A DNA stretch of 64,000 nt from Octopus vulgaris (taxonomy: Eukaryota): NCBI GenBank assembly GCA_951406725.2, contig OX597822.1:43090001-43154000 (forward strand), read 5' to 3'. The notes beneath the pieces were generated by a model. That model was not told the DNA's origin. It ran no database searches and saw only the letters and a program-made list of their open reading frames with translations. Below are positions 26,340 through 39,644 of the stretch, piece after piece. Position 1 is the first letter of the stretch; each line of letters opens with the position of its first letter. Both the position numbers and the translations under genes were made by a program.

Positions 26340-27260
26340 AGTGCGCTGTGACTGAAATTGAAAAAGAACGAGTCGAAAATTACAGCCTACAAAATAAGCC
26401 GAGTCGAAAATTACAGCCTAGAAAATAAGCCTCGTCCTGGAAGATATGTAGAGCTCAGTGAGGACATCTTCTAAACCCTGGTGGAACAAAATCCCATCGT
26501 AACTGTTGAGTAACTAGCAGAGAAGCTTGGATTTGGTCATTCAGCCATTCATCGACACGTACGCGCCATCGGAAAAGTCAGCAAATTGGGACAATGGGTT
26601 CCTTACAAATTTTCAGAGTCTAAATGCGTGCTCGTTTTTTCTGTCACGTCTCACGAATGAACCTTTTTTGGACTGAATAGAGACTGGTGACGGAAAATGG
26701 GTTCTCTATAAAATTGTCAAACGCCGAAAACAATGGTTAGGGAAAGCAGAAACACCGGCACCCCAGGCTAAAAAAGTCTTCATCCACGTAAGGTGTTGTT
26801 ATCTGTTTGGTGGGTTATGAAAGGTTTAGTCCACTTTGAACTTTAAATCTAAACCAAATGATAACAAAGGAGATCTACTGTGAGCAGTTTGAGAGGCTTA
26901 AGTCAGTGCTAGAAGGAAAATGACCATCTTTGGTTTCAAGACGAAAGGTGTTGTTCCATCAGGATAATGTTCGGCTACATACAGCGAGGATGACATTCGA
27001 AAGGCTGGAGCAGTTCGAATGGAAAACGATGCCCCACCCACCATATTCGCCGGATATTGCCCCGTCTGATTATCGTTTATTTCGCAGTCTTCTAAATCAT
27101 TTTGACGGAAAAAATAGGAATTCTGTAGACGAGATCAGAACAGTACTGGGGGAGTATTTTTCATCACGGACAAGTGAATTTTTGAAGAGGGGCCCTGCAA
27201 GTCTACTAGAGATGGAAGATAATAGTAGAAAATGAAGGAGAGTATATTTTAGATTAAAAA
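26340..27260 (+). mobile_element. Mariner (DD34D) transposase pseudogene
   Basis: WVPY, TGDGKW, KVLLSVWW, FHQDNVR, PHPPYSPDIAPSDYRLFRSL, GEYILD; stops and frameshifts; 31 bp internal tandem duplication near 26368-26431. Confidence 0.92.
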
Positions 27261-27299
27261 GAACTTTATCTTAATGTTGAAAAACAAAAGAAGTATATA

Positions 27300-27500
27300 T
27301 TCTTTTATTCCTTTATTTGTTTCAGTCATTTGACTGTGGCCATGCTGGTACACCGCCTTTAGTGGAGCAAACCGACCCCAGGACTTATTCACTTTTTGCC
27401 GAACCGCTAAGTTACGGGGACGTAAACACACCAAGATCGGTTGTCAAGCGATGTTGGGGGGACAAACACAAACACACAAATACATACTTACATACATACT

Positions 27501-27574
<74 letters not shown>

Positions 27575-27742
27575 GACGGGATTCTTTCAGTTTCCTTCCA
27601 CCAAATCCACTCACAAGGCTTTGGTCGGCCCGAGGCTATAGTAGAAGACACTTGCCCAAGATGCCACGCAGTGGGACTGAGCCCAGAACCATGTGGTTGG
27701 TAATAAGCAAGCTGCTTAGCACACAGTCACACCTGTGCCTAT
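27300..27742 (-). mobile_element. SINE family C, full length, with internal (CA/TA)n
   Basis: Head ggcacaggtgtgactgtgt...catggttctgggctcagtcccactgcgtggca; tail cagcatggccacagtcaaatgactgaaac. Confidence 0.9.
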
Positions 27743-27751
27743 ATAAAAGAA

Positions 27752-27817
<66 letters not shown>

Positions 27818-29291
27818 TATATAAGGCACAAGATTCTGGCATGCCTTTAGTTGGTATTTGTTCGCTTCTGCTATGCTTCTTTTATGAAACTTGTTTATGC
27901 CAAAGCCACCCATAAGGTATCTCTGTCAGCGTTTCTGGTTCTGTACCTTTCTCCAAATATCAAGTCTCTTCTCAGTTTTTTTTCTACCCCTGAAATTTCT
28001 ATCACAGTCCCAACATTATCACAATTGATACTACATTCTTTAATGTAAGGCAGAGATTGTTTCTTTTCGGTGTCTATCCACACTGCCCCTTAACTGAACT
28101 CAATTTTCTCATTTCAGATTTTCCCTCAGATTAACTCCGAATCTTCATAAGAAGAAGTTTCTGAGGTTCTATCTGTTGAAGGCTGGACGGCTTCAACTGA
28201 ATTTGTCAATTTACCTTTCATCCCTCTCTTCCGATAAAGGTGTTTCTCTTTGACAGCTATTAACTGACAGATTCTCCCCGGTAGCTGTTAACTGACAGCT
28301 TCTCCCTGACAGCCTACAGACAGCTGTCAACTCCAGATGACCGGGACCACTTATTACAAGGGCGTTTTATTTTCCCCATCTTCATGGTTTCTATTTTACC
28401 TTTAATTTTTCTATTGGTTAGAAGTATAGTTATAATATATTTATTTCTGATCAATAATCATTACCATAAAAAACTGATACCCTTCTGTGAATTAATAATC
28501 ATGTTACGTTTGAAATCCATGGCGAATTTTTTTAATGTTTTGCCATTATTTATTTATTTCTAACCTTCCAGAAACTGCTTGGCAATTGTGGAAAGAGGCT
28601 ATAAACAGCAGTTTATTTGCCATAACTCTTGCAAATATTATCTGCCCATATAGTTAATACTCACTCAGTCTTTATCAATACTTGTCAAATATTGTCTGTC
28701 TTGAAGAGGGAGTTTGAAAAACGAAATAATTTTATCTTGAGACACTTTAAGAAACCATTAAGTTCTTTATTTCCTTCAATCTCTCAACTCATAATTATTA
28801 CCGTGAAAACAGCTGCAATAGTCATTGATACATTACGGTTGACAGTCAGCTATACTGCAGGGGGGAAATGGTAGCAATCGAAGTCAAATCTATTGTCATA
28901 CTTGTTGTCTGCATGCGTGTTTTAGGGATATATTCACTGAATGGTATTTATGTACTGGACACACTTCTGGGAATAATATTACAATCACCAATCATCCTGT
29001 TGTGTCCAATAAATGTTGGTTGTTGTTATAATTGTTTTGTCGGGAATTAATTTAGCTCTGGGTGAAGTTTGTCTCAGTATATTTTCATTCTGTTCGACTA
29101 TCATACAGACGGAAGCTTTTTTTCTATTTTATAGTAATTACATAAGTCAATATTAAGTTCATAACTCCAAGAAAAATGTAACTTTATAGATTCAATTTCT
29201 TCTGTAGCTGCAACTGATTTGATTCCATTTACCCTGACCGATACTGTCCTGCCCACGTATACATACATACATACATACATACATACATACA

Positions 29292-29383
<92 letters not shown>

Positions 29384-29400
29384 TATATATATATATATAT

Positions 29401-29460
29401 ATACATACGCACACACATATATATACGCATATGTGTGTGTGTTCATATACATACATATAT

Positions 29461-29545
<85 letters not shown>

Positions 29546-29602
29546 CGCACACACATATATATACGCATATGTGTGTGTGTTCATATACATACATATATTT
29601 TC

Positions 29603-29606
<4 letters not shown>
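29401..29606. repeat. Duplicated compound-microsatellite block (period ~138 bp)
   Basis: atacatacgcacacacatatatatacgcatatgtgtgtgtgttcatatacatacatatattttcacac occurs twice. Confidence 0.8.
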
Positions 29607-29670
<64 letters not shown>

Positions 29671-30906
29671 TAGACACAAGATTCTAAACAGTACAGTTTT
29701 ATACAATAAGTTGAAACGCTTGCCAACAGCTATATTTTGGTCAGATGCACATGAAACTAAGAAATACAATTTCTGTTCATCTAAGTAAGAGATTGAATCA
29801 CTGAATTTTCAACGTCTCAACAGGTTGTCGAGGCTATGTCTTTTATGTCTGAGCGAATTAAACAAATGGAAGCATTGGTGCTCAAATATACTACATAAAG
29901 AAAATAGGAAATATTTGATACAAAACTCATCGTGGGGCATATACGTATTTCGGTTGGTTTTCACCTCATCAGCTGCTGTTGAACCAAAGACAATCACTCA
30001 TTAACCATACAGTACATCTATCATCGTTTATCACGGGGCTGAAGGCGTACGTTAGCTAAACAGTGATAAATAAATCAGTGATAAATGAACCATCCCACGC
30101 ACTTTGTAAATAGAACGAATGAGTAGATTTATTGTCACCAAGCACTCGGCTCAGAGCAACGAAGTTTCCACGGTCACATATTTTCCTGGCCACTGCTACC
30201 CTTTCCTGTAGAGAACGCACTCATGGCCGAATATTCCAGAGACACGAGTACCCTTAACGTAATTATCAGCATGACACAGCGTGTGACGGCTGTAGACTAT
30301 AAAATTATATGTACAGTCCAATCCGACGGTTCACCATATTTCTGGACACGCATTCAGTACAGAGCAACCCGAGGCTACAGATGTTTCATGTTCGATCTCA
30401 TGCGGGATCGAAGCCGGATCGAAGATGTGATCATGAAGCATAATTGTTAATCATTCAACCGCACAGACACATATAAAAGATTTGTTTCTATAGATTATGA
30501 CTGATAGGAATTCACACAGAAGCGCGCATACACACACCTAAGGACACGCACACAAATAGATTCATGAACACAAACACGAACAAACACACACATGAAGCAA
30601 CCTTTGTTTTCCTGATTTATCTTATATACGACAGTCACTCAATCACCAGCAAAGTATAAACAATGCTGGTCGTTTCAGAAAAATACATCCAAACAGAAGA
30701 AAGAGAAATAGATTAATTGTAACTTACATATACATGTATATGTATGTATATGTATAAATGTGTATGCATGTATGTATACGTGTGTGCATGTATGTGAGTG
30801 TATGTATGTAGTGAGAATTTACAAAAAAACAAAAGACGAAGACGGGTGTGTAAACAACAAACAGATGTATTAGTTTATCTATCTATCTAGCTGTCTAATG
30901 TATATT

Positions 30907-30950
<44 letters not shown>

Positions 30951-31204
30951 CATGCATACATTCATACAAGCATATATACATATATACGTATGTATGTATA
31001 TATGTATGTATATATATATGTATATATGTTTTGGGGACGATAAGATTTTCAAAAGAAAAGAGTTTTTGCATTCAAATTTCATTAACACACATATATGTCT
31101 ATTTTGTATGTATGTATGCTTATATGTACATGTATGTATGTATGTATGTATGTATGTATGTATGTATGTATGTATGTATGTATGTATGTATGTATGTATG
31201 TATG

Positions 31205-31252
<48 letters not shown>

Positions 31253-31360
31253 TAAATAAATGGTACAACGAAGCACCGATATTTACTTTTATGTATAATT
31301 TTACCCTCACGGGCTATCCTTTACTGGAAAGCGATACTCTCGTATTGCATTACTATTTTC

Positions 31361-31409
<49 letters not shown>

Positions 31410-31506
31410 GCATGTATGTATGTGTGTATGTATGTATGTATGTGTGTATGCATATATGTATGTATGTATGTATTTATTTATGTAAGTATGTATGTATGTA
31501 TGTATG

Positions 31507-31542
<36 letters not shown>

Positions 31543-31575
31543 TGTATCTATTTATCTATCTATCTACACATATAT

Positions 31576-31785
31576 AGCACGCCAGGCGAAATGCGTAGCC
31601 GTATTTCGTCTGTCGTTACGTTCTGAGTTCAAATTCCGCTGAGGTCAACTTTGCCTTTCATCCTTTCGGGGTCGATTAAATAAGTACCATTTACGCACTG
31701 GGGTCGATGTAATCGACTTAATCCCTTTGTCTGTCCTTGTTTGTCCCCTCTGTGTTTAGCCCCTTGTGGGCAGTAAAGAAATATA
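31576..31785 (+). mobile_element. SINE family D with tail type 2 (Tx1-like tail)
   Basis: Family D core, then ttgtcccctctgtgtttagccccttgtgggcagtaaagaaat. Confidence 0.85.
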
Positions 31786-32249
31786 TCTACACATATATAC
31801 ATACGATTGTATTCAAAGATTTGTAACACAGACCTTAGGAGACGTAAAACACACAATCACATAATTATCTTGAATTATCATGATGATTTTCTGTGAAATA
31901 AAAGTACCAAGTCTTAAAGTAGTGTTTTCATTCGTGCTTTCCATATTTATTTTAAATAGATGCGCCGTTGATCATAAAAGTGCCGTCACTTTTGACGACA
32001 AGAAGTACAGTACCGTGCCAAAGTTTTTGGTCACTTTAAACTATTGTAAATTTCTACTAATTGCCAACTTGTATGAGAGTATTTCGCTTTGTGTTTTTTA
32101 CAGATGAAGCATTGGCCCTGTTGGAGTCATCTCCATACCTAATCATTATATTTTATAGTAGGGGTTTTGAATGAGAGGGGAAGATGCGAGACGACCCCCC
32201 AAAATTGCCGTGCAAAAGTTTTCCACCACCTCACAAAAACCAATCAAGA

Positions 32250-32700
32250 TACAGTGTTTTAAACAGAAAAATGTCTATAATAAAAATTTATTACATAATG
32301 TTCATTTCATGAAGTTACTGTACATTGTTAATATTTCATGTGGCTTCCTTAGCTTGAATAATTGCTTCGATGCGCCTGGGAAGAGATGCGTACAAATCCA
32401 TCACCATCATCGCAGGTATGAGATGCCATTCTCCGTGGCTGAGTTCTCGCAACTCTTCAAGATTGCGAGGAATCTTCTAACGAACTCTTCTTTTTAGTTC
32501 TGTTCATACTTGTTCGATGAAATTCAAGTCAGGGCTCTGAGCTGGCCAATCTTTCAATACGGTAACACTTTCATCAGCCAGACTCTGTTGTGTTGCACGT
32601 TATCTGTGGCATGGAGCACCGTCATGTTGTGCTGAAAACTCTCACATTCATTTAAGTTTGGCATCAAATTGTCCTTCAGCAACTGGATGTATTTGGCACG
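32250..32700 (-). mobile_element. Tc1-like (DD34E) transposase 3' relic
   Basis: KYIQLLKDNLMP, QHDGAPCHR, DWPAQSPDLNFIE across shifted frames. Confidence 0.8.
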
Positions 32701-32702
32701 GT

Positions 32703-32972
32703 ATATGTCGTACAGCATACTTTCATGGTTACGACGAACTACACATCTTTCCACTGCACAGAAGAATATGGGTAGCTGCATATACAACCGGGTATAATTT
32801 TCTGTACAGCCTCATTCAGGGTCTTTCAACCAACTTCGCCTCAAGCCAAGTTAGTTGAAAAAACCCTGATGAAGGTGCACAGAAAATTATACCGGTTGCA
32901 TATGCAACTGCCTATATATTTACTCCGGAAACGTGTAGGTCGTCATAACCATAAAGATATGCTGCACGACAT
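32703..32972. repeat. Imperfect ~270 bp palindrome made of two divergent HHR-like arms
   Basis: Arms are reverse-complementary; plus arm CTGATGA (32866)...GAAA cgtg TA; minus arm CTGAATGA...GAAA gatgtg TA. Confidence 0.7.
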
Positions 32973-32997
32973 TGTAAAATAAAATAAAATAAATTTT

Positions 32998-33162
32998 GAG
33001 GCGTAGGTGTGGCTGTCTGGTAAGTAGCTTGCTTACCAACCACATGGTTCCGGGTTCAGTTCCACTGCGTGACACCTTGGGCAAGTGTCTTCTACTATAG
33101 CCTCGGGCCGACCAAAGCCTTGTGAGTGGATTTGGTAGACGGAAACTGAAAGAAGCCCGTCG

Positions 33163-33195
<33 letters not shown>

Positions 33196-33800
33196 GTTCA
33201 TCAGTGCAACAAACTCAAGAAATATAAGAGAAAACATAACATTACAAGCTCGATAGCCAACCGTAGAATTCGTCGTAGCATGTACGAATGTTTATCTTTA
33301 CATATCTATGAAAATGGCGGGCTTATTCGCAATGCATTTCGGTAACAAATTGTCTAGTCGGAATAAGCCCGCCATTTTCATAGATATGTAAAGATAAACA
33401 TTCGTACATGCTACGACGTATTCTACGGTTGGCTATCGAGCTTGTAATGTTATGTTTTCTCTTATATTTCTTGAGTTTGTTGCACTGATGAACATGTGAT
33501 ATGTAACTGAATTCTTTTTTAAAATGATGTGTTTTGAAGTTTTGCATTCGGTAAAATTTTGTTTATTTTTAGTAGTTTTGACCGCATTGGTCCCTCTTAG
33601 CGTGTTGGTATCTACGAATAGTAGTGCCCTCAATATAATATAAATGAATATTTTCAAAGAGGAAGAATTTACGGATTTTTTCTCTTACGAGGTTTTTCAC
33701 GCTGACTACTGATAATTTCTTTTTAAGATTTTATCCTCAATTGTTAATTTATATATATATATATATATATATACACATACATATATATATATATATGTGT

Positions 33801-33855
<55 letters not shown>

Positions 33856-34066
33856 TGTGTATGTTTGTGTGTCTGTGTTTGACCTCCCAACATCGCTTGA
33901 CAACCGATGCTTGCGTCTTTACGTCCCCGGTTCGGCAAAAGAGACCGATAGAATAATTACTAGGCTTATAAAGAATAAGTTCCGGGGTCGCTTTGCTCGA
34001 CTAAAAGCGGTACACCAGCATGGCCTCAGTCAAATGGCTGAAACAAGTAAAAGAGTAAAAAGAGAG
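32998..34066 (+). mobile_element. SINE family C split at its internal microsatellite (head 32998-33165, tail ~33860-34066) by ~550 bp of other DNA
   Basis: Head and tail match the full copy at 27300-27742. Confidence 0.75.
33194..33495. repeat. ~135 bp near-perfect inverted repeat with 32 nt loop
   Basis: 33194-33328 is the reverse complement of 33361-33495. Confidence 0.92.
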
Positions 34067-34887
34067 TAATGTTACAGTTTCTATATTCTCCACCACGCTG
34101 CTGGCTCAGTTTGGTTGCTGCTGCGACGTCTACACGAAATGCATTTTTGAGGACGAAAGCTCCACGTACTGGAAAATACACACACACACACACACACACA
34201 TTTCCTGTACTAGTTCCAGCTCAAGAGCTGCGGCCATGCTGGGGTACTGCCATTAGCTTTGCTACACCCTCACTACTTGAAAGATCCTCTGATATGTGGA
34301 ATTTCGTGAATGATGGCGTTTGATGTTGCTGCGTTCATCTGCGTTTCTTGCCGTGAGGTAGGTTCACCCGGATCTCTCCACAGGACGAGACACAGTTTTG
34401 CTTTGAAGACACCTGTATTCATTCCATGCAGAGTGGATATTGAAGAATTATGGGCTCTTGACACCCAAGCTGTTGCAGTATCTGGTCCTGTATCCTGGTA
34501 GCAATGTTAGGATTTCTGGTACTATACAATGACGCCTCGTTCTGCTGTGTAACGTTCAATGCCACGCACATATATACACAGTTATATTTGTACATATACA
34601 AGCATGCAGGCAAATCTATGCGTATACATTTGACAAGTCAGTCAATCACCGGCTGACACTTGCTGATGAAACATCGAAGAGGCCAGGGAACAGAAGAGAG
34701 AAGAAGAAAGAAGACATGCACTCAACAACAGAGCTGACGACACCTCCGAAAGAGGTGAAGTCACATCAAAATGGTAGAGGAGTAGGGGCCGAAACCGGAC
34801 GTGGTTCCTCCTGATGATATCTTGAGCTAACTGGATCCTATAGGGGAGCTGTTGTGGTAGCAGATCACGAAACACGGTTGTAATTCC

Positions 34888-35056
34888 TAGGCGTAGGAGT
34901 GGCTGTGTGGTAAGTAGTTTGCTTACGAACCACATGGTTACAGGTTCAGTCCCACTGCGTGCCACCTTGGGCAAGTATCTTCTACTATAGCCTCGGGCCG
35001 ACCAAAGCCTTGTGGGTGGATTTGGAAGACGGAAACTGAAAGGAGCCCGTCGTATA
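34888..35056 (+). mobile_element. SINE family C 5' half
   Basis: aggcgtaggagtggctgtgtggtaag...gacggaaactgaaaggagcccgtcg. Confidence 0.85.
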
Positions 35057-35057
35057 T

Positions 35058-35095
<38 letters not shown>

Positions 35096-35117
35096 ATATA
35101 TATATATATATAATAAT

Positions 35118-35765
35118 ATTAGGGAGTATATCCAAACTTACAGGGAAAAATTAGATTTAGGATTAAATCAAATTTCACAGTATAAATATAAATTAAATTA
35201 GAGATAAAACCACTATTAAGCAAATCAGTGAAAAACATAAGCCATAACATAAAAATAAATATAATTAATACAATATATAAAATATATAAAATATAAAATA
35301 TAAAATTTAAATTATTTAAATTTAAAATTTTTGATTTATCTTTATGAATTTTCATATATATTTCAAAAAATTCTTTTTGAATTTTAAATTTATAAACTTT
35401 TAAACTTTTAATTTTTTAATTTAAAAAAAGGTTTTTATAACTATCAAAAAGTATTAAAACGTTTAATATGATATGATAATTATAATAAGTAATAAGTAAT
35501 TACTTATTATATTATATTAAACTTTTTAGTACATTTTGATAGTTATATAAAAAAAATTAATTTTTTAATTTATTAATTTTTTAAATTTTGGTTTTTATAA
35601 CTATCAAAAAGCATTAAAAAGTTTAATATAATATAATAAGTGTAATAAGTAATAAGTAATTACTTATATTATAATTAACATTTTAACACTTTTTGATAGT
35701 TATAAAAGAAATTAATAAATTAATAAATCAAAAAATTAAAAAAATTAAAAATTAAAACTTTAAAC
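35118..35765. repeat. Extremely AT-rich element with two tandem hairpins; related to 936-1250
   Basis: tataactatcaaaa...taagtaataagtaattacttat...ttttgatagttata occurs twice (~35436-35547, ~35596-35704). Confidence 0.65.
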
Positions 35766-36461
35766 TGGTTATTCAAAGATATTTATAGATTGTAAGTTTA
35801 TTTTGTCCAGTTACATATCAGTATAGTGGTCATTTGCAAACTCCAACTTTCATTTCTCCTTAGCCCTCACGTCACACAGTTGTTAATGTTTATTTCAGTT
35901 GGGTCATGCCCTTCCAATTGCTATAGATTCGTAATGCATCTTACTGCTGTGTCTGTCACCTGGATGATGAGGAATCCTACATTGGGAGTGGTAACGACTA
36001 GGGTACTGTAGCTGACTGCTTATTGTGATCATTCGTCTTTTGGTTTCCTGTAGCTTTGCTCTCTTTTACAAACCCAGTGAACATATATTTCCTATTTCAA
36101 AGAAATTCAAACAATAGATATAAGACCCAAGTTAAAAAGATTCTCAACAATTCAACTTCTCTGGTTGACATTAAGATGCCCACCCCCAATAGGGGCGTTA
36201 ACTCTCACAATTTAGAGCTCTATGACCTTCATTTTTCAGGAGCAAAATCTTTTTAACACGTTCAATAAAACTGGACTTTTGGAATATGCGTATAAAAATC
36301 AGTAATATGGGATATATATGGCACGGCACGATTAGAATTTTTTTGGGTGTGTGTAAAGAGGGAAATAACCCTCATCTGCAAGTTTGATGAAATTCGAAAC
36401 ATAGATATTCCAGTTCATTAGAGAAAATATAACGGAAAAGTCTAATTCTCCAATTGTATGT

Positions 36462-36488
36462 AACACGGCAACGCCGGGTATCTCTGCT

Positions 36489-36490
<2 letters not shown>
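36462..36490 (+). mobile_element. Helitron-like 3' terminus
   Basis: cacggcaacgccggg hairpin, tatctctg spacer, CTGG then T (CTRR rule). Confidence 0.55.
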
Positions 36491-36526
<36 letters not shown>

Positions 36527-36528
<2 letters not shown>

Positions 36529-36757
36529 TCTTTATTACCCACAAGGGGCTAAACACAGAGGGGACAAACAAGGACAGACAAAATGGATTAAGTCGATTAC
36601 ATCGACCCCAGTGCGAAACTGATACTTTATTTATCGACCCCGAAAGGATGAAAGGCAAAGTCAACCTCGGCGGAATTTGAACTCAGAACGTAAACGACAG
36701 ACGAAATACCGCTAACCATTTCGCCCGGCGCGCTAACGATTCCGCCAGCTCGCCGCA
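36527..36757 (-). mobile_element. SINE family D, full length, tail type 2
   Basis: gcggcgagctggcggaatcgttagc head; tail tgtgtttagccccttgtgggtaataaagaaac. Confidence 0.88.
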
Positions 36758-36789
36758 TTTATATATATATATATGTACGTGTGTGTATA

Positions 36790-36990
36790 TGTTTGTGTGT
36801 CTGTGTTTGTCACCCCACCATCGCTTGACAATCGATGCTGGTGTGTTTACGTCCCTGTAACGTAGCGGTTCGACAAAAGAGACCGATAGAATAAGTACTA
36901 GGCTTACAAAGAATAAGAGTTGCTCGACTAAAGGCGGTGCTCCAGCATGGCCACAGTCAAATGACTGAAACATGTAAAAGAGTAAAAGAC
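36790..36990 (+). mobile_element. SINE family C 3' half
   Basis: Matches the family C tail. Confidence 0.85.
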
Positions 36991-37092
36991 TATACAGGTG
37001 AATATACGCACAAAGACGTACAGTAATACGAAGTACACATATTAACAAACATATACACGTATCCATACATGCATTCAAATATTCATATGTAG

Positions 37093-37482
37093 TAACAAGA
37101 GCACTCAGAGAGTGCAAACCTCCGCCAAGGCAACACCAACGTCCTTCCAAGATTAGCCAGAGATGATTTTTGAAATGAGAATATCTCAAATAAACTCGAC
37201 TGCTCTCACAAACGAGAATACTAAAATGAACCCCACTGCTCCCAAACTTTAAGTAAAAAAAAAAACAGGAAGAGGAAAAATAATCCAGAATCCTTGTCCG
37301 ATACCGAGTCGATCCAAAAATCAAATAAGTTCATGCCAGTCACGAGGCTAAATATCCCTCAAAGTTTCATCCTAATCCATCCAGCGGTTCTTGAGATATT
37401 TGTCCACGGACAAGCAAACAAGCATACAAACAAACACGACTGACAAAAATACCTCCGCCCTAGCGAAGGCGGAGGTAATAAA
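37093..37482. mobile_element. Helentron-associated (HINE/DINE-1-like) non-autonomous element
   Basis: AACAAG end, subterminal acctccgcc repeat, aagtttcat...atcc...cggtt...gagatat core, (ACAA)n, terminal hairpin tacctccgcc...ggcggaggta. Confidence 0.7.
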
Positions 37483-37675
37483 ATACACAACCACGAATAT
37501 ATATTATACACGCGTACATGGATATATCTATAGAAACACGTACACATACACAAAACGATAATCTTACACCCATACACATACTCATACCGTACTGCTTATG
37601 TATATAATCTCAAATATATAAGCATACATACAGAGATACACACACACACATGCATACATATATGTATGGTCGTAA

Positions 37676-37710
<35 letters not shown>

Positions 37711-37711
37711 T

Positions 37712-38015
37712 ATGTGATCACGTGACCGACCAGACCATCAGATGTTGTTACACATCGCTGGTCACGATGCGTTCGCATTGTTTTAGCCTTCAAATGATGC
37801 CACCCCGCTGGCTAAGCGAGCAGGCCAACAGAAGAAAGAGTGGGAGAAAGAGTGGTGAAAGAGTACAGCAGGGATCACCCCTCCCTGCCGGAGCGTCGTG
37901 AAGATTTTAGGTGTTTTCGCTCAATAAACACTCACAACGCCCGGTCTGGGAATCGAAACCGCAATCCTGCGACCGCGAGTCCGCTGCCCTAACCACTGGG
38001 CCATTGCGCTTCCAC
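37712..38015 (-). mobile_element. tRNA-derived SINE family A
   Basis: gcgcaatggcccagtggttagggcagcggactcgcggtcg...ttcgattccc head; same head at 48001. Confidence 0.85.
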
Positions 38016-38028
38016 ATAAATATATGTA

Positions 38029-38131
<103 letters not shown>

Positions 38132-38373
38132 TCATATATATATACACATACACATATTTGAGAAAATCATAACGAAGCGAAATTAATATAAATTGTTAGT
38201 CTTGTGTGAAGGTGCAAAGTCTCGTGCTGATTCCATTACTTTAATGTACGCCTCGAGCCAAAATCGAACCAGGAACTTTTTATGTAGGTGTATAAGTCAG
38301 AATAAATAATAAAGAACCCATGTGGATTTTTTTTCTGCGAAAGGTCGATGGATTTGCTGTTGAGTTGCAAATC

Positions 38374-38439
<66 letters not shown>

Positions 38440-38499
38440 TAATAATAATAATAATGATAATAATAATAATAATAATAATGATGATGATGATGATGATGA
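38374..38499. repeat. (TAA)n/(TGA)n microsatellite
   Basis: Directly visible. Confidence 0.95.
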
Positions 38500-39061
38500 C
38501 GAAAGAAAGCATATTTGTTAAGTTCAACATCATAGCGAAAGGTTTTAACCAAGTGTGCTGATGTAATTGTCTGTTTTGATGTAACTGCTTGTCTGACATC
38601 AATCTTTCTCTGTGGAGCTACTCACTCAAGTACATGTTTTGTATTGAGGACACATCTGTGAGTTTGATCTTTATTTTACTTAAGAATTTTGCTTTATTAG
38701 TCTTTTATGTGCAGTCTGGAACAATATCACTCTTAATACAATTAATATTCATGACCTTCTCGCTCTCACTTTCTGAATGAAGTGTTGTGTTGATAGTAGC
38801 TCTAAGTGAAAGCGTTTTGTGGGAGGCAGGATATGATCATAGGAAGATGATGTAAATCGATAATAAACATCATCATCGTATTTAGAATTTCTTAATGGCT
38901 TACTCTTGGCTTTCTTTCATAGCTTATTTCATGTGGGAAATCTGAACTTAAACAAATTAATAAGAAAACAGTAAGGACAGCCTTGACAATATAAAATGTT
39001 TAAAAGCAATGTTGTCCATACATATTCACTACACCCTCGGACCACAACACTCTTGACCCAC

Positions 39062-39220
39062 TACACTCTCGGAGTGGTTGGCGTTAGGAAGGGCATCCAG
39101 CTGTAGAAACTCTGCCGGATCAGATTGGAGCCTGGTGCAGCCATCTGATTCCCCAGTCAAATCGTCCAACCATGCTATCATGGAAAGCAGACGTTAAACG
39201 ATGATAATGATGATGATGAT
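39062..39220 (+). mobile_element. SINE/LINE 3' fragment with (GAT)n tail
   Basis: gttggcgttaggaagggcatccagctgtagaaac...gacgttaaacgatga. Confidence 0.65.
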
Positions 39221-39591
39221 ACAAATCATAGTTACATGAAATTAACTCCCTTTTGTTTGAGAGTCTCTAATAATCGCTGTTAGATTTTCTTTTATCTTTT
39301 ATTTCTCAGTAAGAGGTAAATTTGAATTCATTGACAATATAATTCATACGCCAATCAGCACATCACCTCTGACTTAAATGATCTAAATCCATGCCACTAG
39401 CCTTTTTGAGTTCTTTCCCCTTCATTCATGTCTTGTAATTAGGCATATTATATCGACCTGAACTGCTAACAACCCTGTCTGTGTCTGTGTCTGTGTCTGT
39501 CTGTCTGTCTCTCTCCTTCGTTCTGTTCACTTGAGAATACTTTCATTCTCAGAGAATGAAAGTATTCTCAAGTCTGCATTACTCCTCAGTA

Positions 39592-39644
<53 letters not shown>

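Noticed and set aside
34660-34805. HHR-like CGAAGA ggcc...ggcc GAAA ccgg AC
   Set aside because: Both the core and the cleavage triplet are mutated; too degenerate to call
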